DNA of 64,000 nt. It comes from Thiohalomonadales bacterium (GTDB lineage: Bacteria > Pseudomonadota > Gammaproteobacteria > RBG-16-57-12). Both the position numbers and the translations under genes were made by a program. The notes below the pieces were generated by a model. That model saw only the letters and a list, made by a program, of their open reading frames with translations. It was not told the DNA's origin and did not search any database. Location of the stretch: assembly GCA_050295955.1 (NCBI GenBank), contig JBNKQQ010000033.1, forward strand, positions 76,988 through 140,987, read 5' to 3'. Below are positions 1 through 14,092 of this stretch, piece by piece (positions within the stretch are counted from its first letter, which is position 1; every line of letters begins with the position of its first letter).

Positions 1-51
1 GGCCTGGATGCTGAGCGCCACGTGGTATTGATCGATTCGCAAACGAGGTAG
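1..51 (+). CDS. rsmG: 3' end of 16S rRNA m7G527 methyltransferase RsmG/GidB (partial, 5' truncated)
   Basis: The in-frame translation GLDAERHVVLIDSQTR* resembles GidB C-termini, and the position upstream of parA matches the conserved mnmG-rsmG-parAB order. Confidence 0.4.
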   Translation, partial: GLDAERHVVLIDSQTR

Positions 52-53
52 CC

Positions 54-842
54 GTGATGACTAAGATTATCGCAATCACCAATCAAAAAGGTGGCGTAGG
101 AAAAACCACCACCTGTGTGAATCTGGCCGCCTCCCTGGCTGCCACCAAACGCCGGGTGTTACTGGTTGACCTGGATCCCCAAGGGAATGCCACTATGGGT
201 TCCGGTATTGATAAGTACGACCTGGAGTATTCCGCCAACGAGGTGTTGATGAATGAAGTCAACATTGAACAGGCAATCGTGCAAAGCGAGGCGGCAGGCT
301 TTGATGTACTGCCCGCCAACGGCGACTTGACGGCAGCAGAGGTCAATCTACTTCATGAGCTGAGTCGAGAGGCGCGTCTACAGCGGGCTTTGGCCAAGGT
401 GGTGGATCGCTATGACTATATACTGATCGATTGCCCTCCCTCACTTAACATGCTTACCTTAAATGCATTGACGGCGGCGCGCAGTGTGATTATCCCCATG
501 CAGTGTGAATACTATGCATTGGAAGGTTTAGCGGCATTGTTGGATACCATCGAGCAAGTGAAGGAGGCGGTAAATCCGGACCTGGAGGTGGAAGGGATGT
601 TGCGCACCATGTTTGATCCCCGCAGCAAGCTTTCTGCCGAGGTGGTGAAAACCCTGCGTGAACATTTTGATGACAAAGTATTCCGTACTGCCATTCCCCG
701 TAATATCAAGCTGGCCGAAGCTCCCAGTCACGGCTTGCCAGTATTGCAGTATGATCGCGCCTCCCGTGGTGCACAGGCCTACTTGGCATTGGCTGGAGAA
801 TTGGTGCGTCGAACTGACGAAGCGATGGCAAAAGCGAGCTAA
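54..842 (+). CDS. parA: chromosome partitioning ATPase ParA/Soj
   Basis: It has the deviant Walker A KGGVGKTT and full-length similarity to Soj/ParA, and it sits directly upstream of parB. Confidence 0.95.
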   Translation: MMTKIIAITNQKGGVGKTTTCVNLAASLAATKRRVLLVDLDPQGNATMGSGIDKYDLEYSANEVLMNEVNIEQAIVQSEAAGFDVLPANGDLTAAEVNLLHELSREARLQRALAKVVDRYDYILIDCPPSLNMLTLNALTAARSVIIPMQCEYYALEGLAALLDTIEQVKEAVNPDLEVEGMLRTMFDPRSKLSAEVVKTLREHFDDKVFRTAIPRNIKLAEAPSHGLPVLQYDRASRGAQAYLALAGELVRRTDEAMAKAS

Positions 843-851
843 CAGTAATTT

Positions 852-1745
852 TTGAGGAAGCAGATGGCAAAAAAGGCACTAGGTAAAAATCTCGGTGCGC
901 TGCTGGGCAGTAGTGCGGCAAACAAAGCAAAAGGGAACACCCGCACGGAAGAGAGTGGCCCCAAAGACAGCATACTGCGCAAGCTGCCAGTGGATGTGAT
1001 CCAGCCAGGAAAGTATCAACCCCGGGTCGATATGCATGCAGAGTCCCTGGAAGACTTGGCAGAATCGATTCGTTCGCAGGGTGTGGTGCAGCCAATTGTG
1101 GTACGACCCATCGCCAAGCCTGGTCACTTCGAGATTATTGCGGGAGAGCGTCGTTGGCGTGCCACTCAGATGGCCGGATTACATGAGATTCCCGCGGTAA
1201 TCCGTGATGTGCCCGATGAGGCAGCTATCGCTATGGCGCTGATTGAAAATATTCAGCGCGAAAATCTGAACCCGATTGAAGAAGCTCTGGCACTACAGCG
1301 GTTGATCGATGAGTTTGAAATGACCCATCAGCAGGCGGCAGATGCCGTGGGGCGATCGCGGGTGGCGGTGAGTAATTTACTGCGTCTGCTTACACTGGGA
1401 GAGGATGTACGTCGACTGGTGGAGCATGGAGACTTGGAAATGGGGCATGCCCGTGCTCTGCTGGGTCTATCTGGACTGAAGCAGATTGATGCAGCACGAG
1501 AAGTGGTAGCGAAAGAGCTTTCCGTTCGCGAGACCGAACAACTGGTTCGGAGGCTGAATGCACCCAGCTCAGAGCCTGAAACCCCTAAGCGTCCCGACCC
1601 AGATATCGAGCGGCTGCAGAATGATCTTGCGGAACGCTTGGGAGCTAAAGTTCAGTTCCAGCACAGTGCCAAGGGCAAAGGAAAAATGGTTATTCACTAC
1701 AATAATCTTGACGAATTAGATGGGATTCTGTCACGGGTTAAGTAG
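852..1745 (+). CDS. parB: chromosome partitioning protein ParB/Spo0J
   Basis: It carries the ParB-box motif GERRWRA and an HTH region, and it follows parA. Confidence 0.95.
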   Translation: MRKQMAKKALGKNLGALLGSSAANKAKGNTRTEESGPKDSILRKLPVDVIQPGKYQPRVDMHAESLEDLAESIRSQGVVQPIVVRPIAKPGHFEIIAGERRWRATQMAGLHEIPAVIRDVPDEAAIAMALIENIQRENLNPIEEALALQRLIDEFEMTHQQAADAVGRSRVAVSNLLRLLTLGEDVRRLVEHGDLEMGHARALLGLSGLKQIDAAREVVAKELSVRETEQLVRRLNAPSSEPETPKRPDPDIERLQNDLAERLGAKVQFQHSAKGKGKMVIHYNNLDELDGILSRVK

Positions 1746-1894
1746 ACGTTAAAACTATTAATAAAGGGTCTAAAGTCATTTGACCTGTTATGTCCGCTGT
1801 CATATACTGCGCGCCGCATGTGTAAATTAAATTGCAAAAATAATGCAGACATATGCGGGGGAGCAGAGGCGAAATTCGCCATGAGAATCCAACA

Positions 1895-2110
1895 ATGAGT
1901 GAAGAAGAGAAGCCAAAGGGCCCAAATTTGCTGTTAATCGGCGTGGGTACCATGCTGACTTCGATGATAGCGTCGGGGTTAATTCTCGGATTTCTAACTG
2001 ACTGGTATTTTAATACCACGCCAATTTTTATGTTGGTGTTCGGTTTGCTTGGATTTATCGGTGGCCTCCTCAAAGTGTATAAAATGCTAACTCATCCGGG
2101 GATGTTTTGA
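1895..2110 (+). CDS. small two-TM membrane protein, AtpZ-like (putative F0F1-ATPase accessory subunit)
   Basis: It is a small hydrophobic ORF immediately upstream of atpI. Of the 1853 ORF, MSEEEKPK at 1895 is the most plausible start. Confidence 0.55.
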   Translation: MSEEEKPKGPNLLLIGVGTMLTSMIASGLILGFLTDWYFNTTPIFMLVFGLLGFIGGLLKVYKMLTHPGMF

Positions 2111-2481
2111 ATCCGGCAACTCAAGCAGTAGAAGCTAGAGCGCAAAAGGTGCTCATTGCCCAGATAATCGCTGGGGTAGTCGCTGCGATTGGTTTTTTGC
2201 TCTATGCAGGAGCATGGCATGCGCTTTCCGCGCTGGCAGGTGGGGGTGTCAGTATCATCCTATTGCTGCGCTTAAGACGTGGAGTCAAGCGTGCCACTGA
2301 AGTTGCACCACAAGATCAGAAGAAGGGAATGCTGATTCTGTATATGGGTGCCGCTGAAAGGTTTCTTTTAATATTGGTTCTGTTTGCGCTGGGATTAGGG
2401 GTTGCAGGTTTGGACCCTCTCGCAATGTTTGTGGGATTTTTCTTGGCACAACTCAGTAATCTAACAAATGCACGTGGTTAA
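2107..2481 (+). CDS. atpI: ATP synthase protein I
   Basis: It is a 124-aa hydrophobic protein just upstream of atpB, the usual atpI position, and its stop overlaps the start of the upstream ORF. Confidence 0.7.
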   Translation: MNPATQAVEARAQKVLIAQIIAGVVAAIGFLLYAGAWHALSALAGGGVSIILLLRLRRGVKRATEVAPQDQKKGMLILYMGAAERFLLILVLFALGLGVAGLDPLAMFVGFFLAQLSNLTNARG

Positions 2482-2491
2482 CGCCGCGTAA

Positions 2492-3322
<831 letters not shown>

Positions 3323-3380
3323 GATTTTGCTACGTAATAATTTTGGTTTTTTGGTTTTACTTTTTAAATTTATAAATTAA

Positions 3381-3692
<312 letters not shown>

Positions 3693-3746
3693 TTTGAGCA
3701 AACATTGCTAGCTCAATCGGGTTAAGCAAACCGAGGAGAAAGAACA

Positions 3747-4217
3747 GTGAATATTACAGTTACATTGATCGCGCAGATGATCGCTTTCATTCTGCTGATC
3801 TGGTTTGTAAATAAAGTCCTGTGGGGCCCACTTTCACAGATGATGGAAGCCCGTCAAAAGCGTATCGCTGACGGTCTTGCTGCGGCTGAGAAAGGTAAGC
3901 ACGAGCAGGAATTGGCTGAAAAGCGTGCCAAAGAGGTACTGCAGGATGCTAAGAACCAGGCTGCGGAGATTATCGCGCAAGCACAGAAGCGTTCTTCTGA
4001 GATTGTTGAAGAATCAAAAGATAACGCACGAGCTGAAGGCGAGCGCATTGTTAATGCGGCTAAGGCTGAAATCGAACGCGAAGTTGCTCAAGCAAGAGAG
4101 CAGCTACGTAGTCAACTGGCTTCTGTAGCGGTTGCGGGTGCAGAGAAGATCCTGAAAAAAGAGATCAACTCAGCGGCTCACAACGACATGCTGAACGAGC
4201 TGGCTGCCAAGATTTAA
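3747..4217 (+). CDS. atpF: F0F1 ATP synthase subunit b
   Basis: It has a single N-terminal TM followed by a long charged helix, in the conserved operon position, with a GTG start. Confidence 0.9.
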   Translation: MNITVTLIAQMIAFILLIWFVNKVLWGPLSQMMEARQKRIADGLAAAEKGKHEQELAEKRAKEVLQDAKNQAAEIIAQAQKRSSEIVEESKDNARAEGERIVNAAKAEIEREVAQAREQLRSQLASVAVAGAEKILKKEINSAAHNDMLNELAAKI

Positions 4218-4227
4218 GGCGAACGCT

Positions 4228-4764
4228 ATGGCTGAAAAAACCACAATCGCCCGTCCTTATGCCAAGGCCGCATTCGACCTGGCACATGGTGAGGGCAAAT
4301 TAGGCGAATGGTCTGAAATGCTACAGCTGCTTTCCGCTATTGCTGCCGATGCAGACTTTGCTGCATTGGCGGCAAACCCAAAAGTTGCTGATGAGAAAAT
4401 TGCCGAGGCAATGATCTCAATCGTTAGCAACAAAATGGTTACTGGTGGAGAGAATCTGGTGAAACTGCTTGTTGAAAACAAGCGACTGAATGTTTTGTCA
4501 GAGATTGCTGGTCAATTTGATCAACTGCGTGCTGATGCTGAAAAAACTATCGAAGCAGAAGTTATCTCTGCTTTTGAAGTTGGCGCAGCTGAGCAAGATA
4601 AGATCAAAACAGCGTTGAAGAATCGTTTGGGACGTGAGGTAACTCTGACTTGTAAGATCGACGAAAGCCTGATGGGCGGTGCGATCGTACGTGCAGGGGA
4701 TCTGGTAATCGACGGCAGTGTGAAAGGTCAACTGAAGGACCTGGCTGCGGCGATGTCCCGATAA
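4228..4764 (+). CDS. atpH: F0F1 ATP synthase subunit delta
   Basis: It is an OSCP/delta-family protein lying between atpF and atpA. Confidence 0.9.
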   Translation: MAEKTTIARPYAKAAFDLAHGEGKLGEWSEMLQLLSAIAADADFAALAANPKVADEKIAEAMISIVSNKMVTGGENLVKLLVENKRLNVLSEIAGQFDQLRADAEKTIEAEVISAFEVGAAEQDKIKTALKNRLGREVTLTCKIDESLMGGAIVRAGDLVIDGSVKGQLKDLAAAMSR

Positions 4765-4786
4765 TTTCCATGAAGAGGATTAGCAA

Positions 4787-6328
4787 ATGCAACTGACTCC
4801 ATCGGAAATCAGTGAACAAATTAAAAACCGCATTAAAAACTTCGAGGTGACTACTAGCGCATCTAACGAAGGCACCGTAGTTAACATTGCGGACGGTGTA
4901 GCAACTATCCACGGTCTATCAGACGTAATGTCTGGTGAGATGATCGAGTTCCCTGGCGGCGTTTACGGCATGGCTCTTAACTTGGAGCGTGATGCGGTAG
5001 GTGCGGTAATTCTGGGTGCTTACGAAGGTATCTCTGAGGGTGACACTGTTAAGTGTACTGGCCGTATCCTGGAAGTCCCAACTGGCGACGCTCTGCTGGG
5101 CCGTGTAGTTGATGCTCTGGGTAACCCAATCGATGGTAAAGGTCCAATCGAGACCTCTACTTCATCACCTGTAGAAAAGATTGCTCCTGGTGTAATCGCA
5201 CGTCAATCAGTTGATGAGCCAGTGCAAACTGGTCTGAAAGCGATCGACTCAATGGTGCCAATCGGCCGTGGCCAGCGTGAGCTGATCATCGGTGACCGTC
5301 AAACTGGTAAGACTGCTGTTGCAGTTGATGCGATCATCAACCAGAAAGATTCAGGCATCAAGTGTGTATACGTAGCAATCGGCCAGAAGGCTTCTTCTAT
5401 CGCTGCGGTAGTACGTAAGCTGGAAGAGCATGGCGCACTGAGCAACACTATCATCGTTGCTGCGACCGCTTCTGATTCTGCAGCAATGCAGTTCATCGCG
5501 CCTTATGCTGGTTGTGCGATGGGTGAGTACTTCCGTGACAACGGTGAAGATGCACTGATCGTATATGATGATCTGACCAAGCAAGCCTGGGCTTATCGTC
5601 AAGTATCTTTGTTGCTGCGTCGTCCACCAGGCCGTGAGGCATATCCTGGTGACGTATTCTACCTGCACTCACGTCTGCTGGAGCGTGCTTCACGCATCAA
5701 TGCTGACGAAGTTGAGAAGCTGACTGGTGGCAAAGTAACGGGTAAGACCGGTTCTTTGACTGCACTGCCTATCATCGAGACTCAAGGTGGTGACGTATCT
5801 GCATTCGTACCTACTAACGTAATCTCGATTACTGATGGTCAGATCTTCCTGGAAACCGACCTGTTCAACTCCGGTATCCGTCCTGCGATCAACGCAGGTC
5901 TGTCTGTATCCCGTGTAGGTGGTGCAGCACAAACCAAGATCATCAAGAAGCTGGGTGGCGGTGTTCGTCTTGACTTGGCTCAGTACCGTGAACTGGCAGC
6001 ATTTGCACAGTTCGCTTCTGACCTGGACGATGCGACTCGCGCGCAGATCGAACGTGGTCGCCGCGTAACTGAGCTGATGAAACAGAAACAGTATGCACCT
6101 CTGTCTACTGCAGACATGGCATTCTCTCTGTTCGCCGCTAACGAAGGTTTCCTGGACGACGTTGATGCAGCGAAAATCGTAGACTTTGAAGCAGCAATGC
6201 ACGCCTACGTTAAATCTAACGCCGCTGACCTGGTTGCTGAAATCAACTCTACTGCGAACTTCAATGACGAGATCGCAGCGAAGATGACAGACGCTCTGAC
6301 TCAGTTCAAAGCTAACGGCACCTGGTAA
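4787..6328 (+). CDS. atpA: F0F1 ATP synthase subunit alpha
   Basis: It has the Walker A GDRQTGKT and full-length alpha-subunit similarity. Confidence 0.97.
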   Translation: MQLTPSEISEQIKNRIKNFEVTTSASNEGTVVNIADGVATIHGLSDVMSGEMIEFPGGVYGMALNLERDAVGAVILGAYEGISEGDTVKCTGRILEVPTGDALLGRVVDALGNPIDGKGPIETSTSSPVEKIAPGVIARQSVDEPVQTGLKAIDSMVPIGRGQRELIIGDRQTGKTAVAVDAIINQKDSGIKCVYVAIGQKASSIAAVVRKLEEHGALSNTIIVAATASDSAAMQFIAPYAGCAMGEYFRDNGEDALIVYDDLTKQAWAYRQVSLLLRRPPGREAYPGDVFYLHSRLLERASRINADEVEKLTGGKVTGKTGSLTALPIIETQGGDVSAFVPTNVISITDGQIFLETDLFNSGIRPAINAGLSVSRVGGAAQTKIIKKLGGGVRLDLAQYRELAAFAQFASDLDDATRAQIERGRRVTELMKQKQYAPLSTADMAFSLFAANEGFLDDVDAAKIVDFEAAMHAYVKSNAADLVAEINSTANFNDEIAAKMTDALTQFKANGTW

Positions 6329-6343
6329 TCGGGGGTAGAAACG

Positions 6344-7210
6344 ATGGCAGTCGGAAAAGAGATACGCACTCAGATCAAGAGCATTGAGAACACCAAGAAA
6401 ATTACTCGCGCTATGGAAATGGTGGCGGCGAGTAAGATGCGCAAGGCTCAAGATCGTATGGCGTCATCTCGTCCCTACGCCGAAAAGATGCGTCAAGTGA
6501 TTGCTCACTTGGCGCATGCACATCCTGAGTACAAGCATCCTTATCTTGAGGAGCGTGAACAGGTGAAGCGTGTTGGCTTCATTATTGTTTCAAGTGACCG
6601 TGGTCTCTGCGGCGGTTTGAACAATAACCTGTTCCGTAAAGTGCTTAAGGATATGAAGGCATGGGAAGAGAAAGGCGCAGAAGTTAATCTAGGCATTATC
6701 GGCCAGAAGGCTAACTCGTTTTTCCGTGGCATCGGTGGAAACATTACTTCTCAGGTAGCTAACCTGGGTGATGCCCCACATATCAATGATATTGTGGGTG
6801 CAGTTAAGGTAATGCTTGATGCCTATGATAACGGTGAAATCGATCGTCTGTTCGTGGTGCATAACAACTTTGTTAACACCATGACTCAAGACCCACAGGT
6901 TTCACAGCTGTTGCCCGTCGCTTCGGAAGAGATTAACGAAGAGATGACGCACCACTGGGATTACATGTACGAACCAGATGCCAAAGAGGTTTTGGATGAC
7001 CTGATGGTTCGCTATGTAGAGTCCCTGGTATACCAGGGCGTTGTAGAGAATGCTGCTTGTGAGCAGGCTGCGCGTATGGTTGCAATGAAAGCTGCAACTG
7101 ATAATGCGGGTAACCTGATCAGCGATTTGAAATTGGTCTACAACAAAGCCCGTCAGGCTGCGATTACTCAAGAAATTTCTGAGATCGTGGCAGGTGCTGC
7201 AGCGGTTTAA
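6344..7210 (+). CDS. atpG: F0F1 ATP synthase subunit gamma
   Basis: The N-terminus has [30 protein letters not shown], characteristic of the gamma subunit. Confidence 0.95.
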   Translation: MAVGKEIRTQIKSIENTKKITRAMEMVAASKMRKAQDRMASSRPYAEKMRQVIAHLAHAHPEYKHPYLEEREQVKRVGFIIVSSDRGLCGGLNNNLFRKVLKDMKAWEEKGAEVNLGIIGQKANSFFRGIGGNITSQVANLGDAPHINDIVGAVKVMLDAYDNGEIDRLFVVHNNFVNTMTQDPQVSQLLPVASEEINEEMTHHWDYMYEPDAKEVLDDLMVRYVESLVYQGVVENAACEQAARMVAMKAATDNAGNLISDLKLVYNKARQAAITQEISEIVAGAAAV

Positions 7211-7246
7211 GGCCGAGGCCGAGCAAAGATTACGTAAATATATTAA

Positions 7247-8638
<1,392 letters not shown>

Positions 8639-8666
8639 TTCAGTAAACGACTCTTAGGAGGACTAT

Positions 8667-9089
8667 ATGGCCATGACTATTCACGTAGATATCGTGAGTG
8701 CAGAGCAAGAGATCTTCTCCGGCGCAGCTGAAATGGTGTTCGCACCTTCAGTTAACGGTGAAGTGGGTGTCTTGCCACGCCACGCACCTTTGCTGACTAA
8801 ACTGCGTCCTGGTGAAGTTCGCGTTCAGACTGGCGAAGGTGAAGAGTTCTTTTACGTATCCAGCGGCATTTTAGAGATTCAGCCACACTGTGTGACTGTT
8901 CTTGCTGATACCGCACTTCGTGCTAAAGACATCGACGAAGCTGCTGCGCTAGAAGCGAAGCAGCGCGCCGAAGAGGCAATGAAGGATCGTAAGAGCGAAA
9001 TCGACTATGCTAAGGCTCAGATTCAACTGGCCGAAGCAATGGCTCAGCTGCAAACGGTTCAAAAGATCCGCAAAACAGCAGGTCATTAA
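8667..9089 (+). CDS. atpC: F0F1 ATP synthase subunit epsilon
   Basis: It is an epsilon-family protein and the last gene of the operon. Confidence 0.92.
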   Translation: MAMTIHVDIVSAEQEIFSGAAEMVFAPSVNGEVGVLPRHAPLLTKLRPGEVRVQTGEGEEFFYVSSGILEIQPHCVTVLADTALRAKDIDEAAALEAKQRAEEAMKDRKSEIDYAKAQIQLAEAMAQLQTVQKIRKTAGH

Positions 9090-9107
9090 TCGAAACTTGT
9101 TTCGATT

Positions 9108-9142
9108 CTTGAAAAAGGGCAGTGGAAACACTGCCCTTTTTT
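9108..9142 (+). terminator. rho-independent terminator of the atp operon
   Basis: The GC-rich hairpin gggcagtg-gaaa-cactgccc is followed by a T-run. Confidence 0.8.
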
Positions 9143-9199
9143 TATATCTAAAGACGAATTTTGATAAACTACGACACAGTAGACGTCTAAGGTACCGCT

Positions 9200-10564
9200 A
9201 TGCAAAAACTCTCTGTTGTGATCCTGGCTGCCGGCCAGGGAACCCGCATGAAATCCCATCTTCCCAAGGTCTTACACTGCGTAGGTGATCGCTCAATGCT
9301 TGAACATGCCTATGACCGTGCCAAAGCACTAAAAGCCAATGACATTCATATCGTGTATGGACATGGTGGTGAGCAGGTCAAAGCCACGCTAGCCCATCTT
9401 GACGCCGAATGGGTACTACAAGCAGAGCAGAAAGGAACAGGTCATGCCGTCGAGCAGGCTATGCCTGCCATCAGTGATGACGAGATGGTTTTGGTGCTAT
9501 ATGGCGATGTGCCTCTGGTCAGAGTTGAAACGCTGCAAGCGCTAGTTGAAGAGGCGAAGCAGAGCGGTTTCAGTTTGCTGACCGCATTCTTGGATAACCC
9601 TACCGGCTATGGCCGCATCATTCGTGATGAACAGGGGGCTGTAACACGCATTGTTGAGCAGAAAGATGCAACCCCTGAAGAATTGGCGGTGACGGAAGTT
9701 AATACCGGCATGCTGGCGGTTCAGGCAGGACGCTTACGGAAATGGATTCATGCGCTGGATAACAACAATGCCCAGGGTGAATTTTACCTGACAGACGTAA
9801 TTGGTATGGCGGCTACCTCGGGTGTCAAAATTAATACGGTCCACCCTACAACGATTGATGAAACGCTTGGCGCGAATAACCGGGTTCAGCTAGCGGAACT
9901 GGAGCGTTTTTTACAGCAACGTATCGCCAACGAATTAATGCTGGCAGGCGTTACTCTACGGGATCCGAACCGACTGGATGTTCGTGGAAATCTAACCGCT
10001 GGACAAGATGTCGAGATCGATATCAACGGCTTGTTTGAAGGCGAAGTGAAACTTGGTAATAACGTAAAGATTGGCGCTAACTGTATCCTGCGCAATTGCA
10101 CTATCGGTGATAATACAGTGATTGAAGCGAACTCACTGATCGAGAAAAGTGAAGTGGCCAGTGATTGTCATATCGGGCCTTTTGCGCGCTTGAGACCTGA
10201 TAGTAAACTTCATTCCGGTGCTAAGATAGGCAATTTTGTTGAAGTGAAGAAGTCCGTCATTGGTGCTGGCTCTAAGGTCAATCACCTAAGTTATATCGGA
10301 GATACAACCATGGGAGCCAACGTCAATATTGGTGCGGGTACCATCACCTGTAACTATGACGGCGTGAATAAATTCCAAACAATAATTGGGGATAATGCCT
10401 TTATCGGCTCCGACAGTCAGCTAGTTGCCCCAGTTGAAGTGGGCTCAGGCGCGACGATCGGCGCGGGTACCACATTAACCCGAAATGCCCCTGCTGATAC
10501 ACTAACCCTTAGTCGTAGTAAGCAGAAAAGTATAAACAGTTGGCAACGTCCAACTAAGAAGTAG
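9200..10564 (+). CDS. glmU: bifunctional UDP-GlcNAc pyrophosphorylase / GlcN-1-P acetyltransferase
   Basis: The N-terminal nucleotidyltransferase has LAAGQGTRMKS, and the C-terminal part is a left-handed beta-helix of hexapeptide repeats. Confidence 0.95.
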   Translation: MQKLSVVILAAGQGTRMKSHLPKVLHCVGDRSMLEHAYDRAKALKANDIHIVYGHGGEQVKATLAHLDAEWVLQAEQKGTGHAVEQAMPAISDDEMVLVLYGDVPLVRVETLQALVEEAKQSGFSLLTAFLDNPTGYGRIIRDEQGAVTRIVEQKDATPEELAVTEVNTGMLAVQAGRLRKWIHALDNNNAQGEFYLTDVIGMAATSGVKINTVHPTTIDETLGANNRVQLAELERFLQQRIANELMLAGVTLRDPNRLDVRGNLTAGQDVEIDINGLFEGEVKLGNNVKIGANCILRNCTIGDNTVIEANSLIEKSEVASDCHIGPFARLRPDSKLHSGAKIGNFVEVKKSVIGAGSKVNHLSYIGDTTMGANVNIGAGTITCNYDGVNKFQTIIGDNAFIGSDSQLVAPVEVGSGATIGAGTTLTRNAPADTLTLSRSKQKSINSWQRPTKK

Positions 10565-10580
10565 AGATTAGGAGAGCGCG

Positions 10581-12413
10581 ATGTGCGGGATCGTTGGTGC
10601 AGTGGCTGAACGTGATGTCACACCCATTTTGATAGAAGGGCTACGACGTCTGGAGTATCGAGGCTATGACTCTGCCGGGGTGGCAGTGTTGGATGAAGAG
10701 GGTTGTATCCGTCGAACCCGTGTTAAAGGGAAAGTGGCAGGATTGGCAGAAGCTATGCCAGAAGGCTTCAAAGGGGCAACGGGGATTGCCCATACCCGCT
10801 GGGCAACCCATGGTGAGCCTAGCCAAAGCAACGCCCACCCTCATATCTGCCGTGATCGTGTTGCGGTAGTGCACAACGGCATTATCGAAAACTACGAAGC
10901 CCTGCGAGAAGAGCAGAAAGCGCAAGGTCACCGCTTCACCTCCCAGACCGATACCGAAGTGATCGTACATCAGGTCTACAACTACCACAGTGACAACGGA
11001 CAGGATCTACTTGCTGCTGTGCAGAGTACTATCAAAGACTTACGTGGTGCCTATGCACTTGGTGTCATCAGCCATGACGAGCCAGGTCGTTTGATTGCCG
11101 CCCGAAGTGGCAGCCCACTGGTGGTTGGTGTCGGTATTGGTGAGTATTTCATTGCCTCCGATGTAGCCGCACTGCTTCCGGTAACCCAGCAATTTATCTT
11201 CCTGGAAGAGGGGGATGTAGCGGATATTAGCCGTGATGCCATCACCATCTATAACAAGCAGGGTGAGCAGGTAGAACGTCCTCTAAAGCGAAGCGAACTC
11301 ACCGCAGATGCTGTAGAGCGCGGTGAATTCCGCCACTACATGATAAAAGAGATTCACGAGCAGCCACGAGCCATTGCCGACACCTTAGAAGGGCGTATCT
11401 CAGAAACCCGTTTGCTGGAAGAGAGTTTTGGACCTAAAGCGGCTGAAATGCTCAACGGTGTTGAGCATGTCTACATCATCGCCTGTGGCACCTCATACCA
11501 TGCAGGTATGGTAGCTCGCTACTGGATTGAATCCATGGCGCGCATACCCTGCACTGTTGAAGTGGCCAGCGAGTTTCGCTATCGCAATCCAGTTGTACCC
11601 AACAACTGCCTGGTAATTTTTATCTCCCAGTCCGGTGAAACCGCTGACACCTTGGCCGCTTTGCGGGAGATCAGCGAAATGGGTATCCAGCGGACCCTGG
11701 CGATCTGCAATGTGCCAGAAAGCTCATTGGTGCGGGAAGCGGCACTGTCATTGATGACACGCGCAGGCCCAGAGATCGGTGTGGCATCCACTAAAGCATT
11801 TACCACCCAGCTGGTTGCTTTGCTGATGGTGACCATTGCGATTGCACGCCGTGGAAACCTGACAGAGCCGCAGGAAGCCGCCATCGTTAAAGAGCTGCGT
11901 ACACTGCCACGCAAAATAGAAGATGCACTACAGCTGGACAAAGCCATCTGTGAAATATCAGAACAGTTTGCAGATAAGCAACATGCCCTGTTTTTAGGGC
12001 GTGGCAATCAATATCCCATCGCCATGGAAGGGGCGCTAAAGCTAAAAGAGATCTCCTATATCCATGCGGAATCCTATCCTGCAGGCGAGCTGAAACACGG
12101 GCCATTAGCATTGGTAGATTCAGAAATGCCCGTCATCGTTGTTGCCCCCAATAACGAACTGTTAGAAAAGTTAAAAGCCAACATGCAAGAAGTAAAAGCC
12201 CGTGGCGGTAAGCTATTGGTATTTGCGGATCGCGAAGCGGCAATGGAGCAGGATGAAGGAATCCAAGTGCTGGATGTAGCACCAACAGATGACATCATTT
12301 CACCCATCATCTTCTCTGTACCGCTACAGCTGCTTTCCTATCACGTAGCTGTGCTGAAAGGCACAGATGTTGATCAGCCACGCAACTTAGCTAAGAGCGT
12401 AACTGTGGAGTAA
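10581..12413 (+). CDS. glmS: glutamine--fructose-6-phosphate aminotransferase
   Basis: The N-terminus MCGIVGAV has the Cys2 of a Ntn amidotransferase, and there are two SIS domains. It ends in the conserved VTVE. Confidence 0.97.
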   Translation: MCGIVGAVAERDVTPILIEGLRRLEYRGYDSAGVAVLDEEGCIRRTRVKGKVAGLAEAMPEGFKGATGIAHTRWATHGEPSQSNAHPHICRDRVAVVHNGIIENYEALREEQKAQGHRFTSQTDTEVIVHQVYNYHSDNGQDLLAAVQSTIKDLRGAYALGVISHDEPGRLIAARSGSPLVVGVGIGEYFIASDVAALLPVTQQFIFLEEGDVADISRDAITIYNKQGEQVERPLKRSELTADAVERGEFRHYMIKEIHEQPRAIADTLEGRISETRLLEESFGPKAAEMLNGVEHVYIIACGTSYHAGMVARYWIESMARIPCTVEVASEFRYRNPVVPNNCLVIFISQSGETADTLAALREISEMGIQRTLAICNVPESSLVREAALSLMTRAGPEIGVASTKAFTTQLVALLMVTIAIARRGNLTEPQEAAIVKELRTLPRKIEDALQLDKAICEISEQFADKQHALFLGRGNQYPIAMEGALKLKEISYIHAESYPAGELKHGPLALVDSEMPVIVVAPNNELLEKLKANMQEVKARGGKLLVFADREAAMEQDEGIQVLDVAPTDDIISPIIFSVPLQLLSYHVAVLKGTDVDQPRNLAKSVTVE

Positions 12414-12414
12414 G

Positions 12415-12476
12415 GGCGGGCACTGCCCGCCGGCATTGGCTGAATCAAGAGCCTTAGAGGTGATACATCTCTAAGG
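12415..12476 (+). terminator. glmS terminator (two hairpins, second followed by a T-run)
   Basis: The sequence gggcgggcactgcccgcc is followed by gccttagaggtgatacatctctaaggctttttt. Confidence 0.8.
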
Positions 12477-12530
12477 CTTTTTTATTGCCCAATTATCATT
12501 ATCAAAATAGAGGTACCCATGCTTTTATTT
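12415..12530. repeat. direct repeat copy A1 (glmS terminator region), paired with 14093..14215
   Basis: It is about 115 bp and roughly 85% identical to 14093..14215 by hand alignment. The shared stretch is cattgg(c/t)t(g/-)aatcaagagccttagaggtgat(a)catctctaaggctttttt...atcaaaatagaggta. Confidence 0.8.
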
Positions 12531-12829
12531 ATTTCCACCACGATAGGATGTGTGCCACTAGGTGACGCTGAATAGATGCTCGGTTCTGCCGGTACGACCA
12601 GCCCACTTTTGCAGGCTAAGCCTGCCATCTACTCCACAAATGGGTTGCCATACAAGGAAACAGACAAAGCATATCAATGGCATTGCATATATTCATGATT
12701 GCGCTACGCTATAAATGTATAAAGTGGACAAAAAAAGAGACATATATTTTCAAGTAAATATATAAGTAACTGAATTTTAATATTTTATTTAAAATAAAAA
12801 GTGGACATTTTTAGGGTCATATATCAGTA

Positions 12830-13987
12830 ATGGGTAGCAAGCAACAGCATCGTGTAGAAACTGATCGTTTCGGGCCTTTTACCTTTCAAGTTGGCGTTGA
12901 TACGTTATCTTTGGAGAGTTTGCTATTGCGTGTGGATGATGCCCACCAACGTTTCAAAAGCTCCCCCTTATCTCAAGTGGCTAATCGCCTGGAAAAAGAG
13001 GTGGTGGTTAGCAGTATCTTTGGCACCAATACCATAGAAGGTGGCACCCTTTCGATGGAGGAGACAGAGCAAGCACTGGATCTCCCGCCCTCTCAAGTAC
13101 AAGGTATTGAACAGCGCCGAGCTATCAATTTAAAGTGTGCCTATGAATTGGCACAAACCGCAGCAGTGCAACCAGGCTGGCAACTGAATATCGATTTTAT
13201 AAGAGAGATTCATGCCGCAGTGACTGATCAACTCCCCCATGAATACAACATGCCAGGAGTACTTAGGGATAATCCCAAAGGGACCATGACACGTGTAGGC
13301 AACCAAGAGCATGGAGGTGTTTACAAACCCCCTCAATATGGCAAAGATGTGGAAAGCCTGTTGAAGCATTTGATTGAATGGCATCAGCAGTTGATAGCAC
13401 AGGGAGTCTCAGTATTAATACGTGCACCGCTGGTGCATCTCTATTACGAATTGATCCATCCTTTCTGGGATGGTAACGGCCGGGTAGGCAGGGTGTTAGA
13501 GGCAACGTTACTACAGGCAGAGGGTTATAAATACGCACCCTTTGCCCAGGCGCGTTACTATCTTGAGAACATTCATCACTACTTCAGCCTATTCAATGCT
13601 TGTCGCAAGCAGGCGGAGAAAAACGCAGAAACTCCCAATACCGCGTTTGTTGCTTTTTTCCTTGAAGGGATGTTGAGCAGTATAAATACCCTGCATGACA
13701 GGGTGAACGCATTAATCAGCCTGATCCTATTTGAGAATGAAATAAAACGCCTGCACGATGAAAAGATCATAAACACCCGGCAATATGCCATCGTCACACA
13801 AATTCTTATAGCCGGAAAGCCGGTTTTTCTACCAGAATTAAGAAAATCTCCTTGGTACCAAGCGCTCTATATCAAGCTAACAGATAAAACCAAACAGCGG
13901 GACCTGAAGCATTTGCGAGAATTGGCATTGGTGAGATTAGATAGTGCTAATCGGTTATGGCCTGGATGTGTTGAAGAGGAGATGTAG
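12830..13987 (+). CDS. Fic-family protein (class II, with N-terminal inhibitory motif)
   Basis: It has the Fic active-site motif HPFWDGNGRVGR and an upstream TNTIEG matching the (S/T)xxxE(G/N) inhibitory helix. It is preceded by an AT-rich promoter-like region. Confidence 0.85.
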   Translation: MGSKQQHRVETDRFGPFTFQVGVDTLSLESLLLRVDDAHQRFKSSPLSQVANRLEKEVVVSSIFGTNTIEGGTLSMEETEQALDLPPSQVQGIEQRRAINLKCAYELAQTAAVQPGWQLNIDFIREIHAAVTDQLPHEYNMPGVLRDNPKGTMTRVGNQEHGGVYKPPQYGKDVESLLKHLIEWHQQLIAQGVSVLIRAPLVHLYYELIHPFWDGNGRVGRVLEATLLQAEGYKYAPFAQARYYLENIHHYFSLFNACRKQAEKNAETPNTAFVAFFLEGMLSSINTLHDRVNALISLILFENEIKRLHDEKIINTRQYAIVTQILIAGKPVFLPELRKSPWYQALYIKLTDKTKQRDLKHLRELALVRLDSANRLWPGCVEEEM

Positions 13988-14092
13988 ACGTTATCATTTT
14001 AGGGAGATGAATTGATATCGCTATATTTGGTGGAGCAGAGTGACGGTATTCAAGTATTGGATGTCGACCATCCTTGTAACTTAGTGGAGTAG

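Noticed and set aside
5299-6451. Multiple minus-strand ORFs (65–253 aa) antisense to atpA, and similar antisense ORFs across atpD, glmS, copA and the subtilisin gene
   Set aside because: They fully overlap strongly supported, highly conserved genes on the other strand and have no motifs, so they are shadow ORFs.
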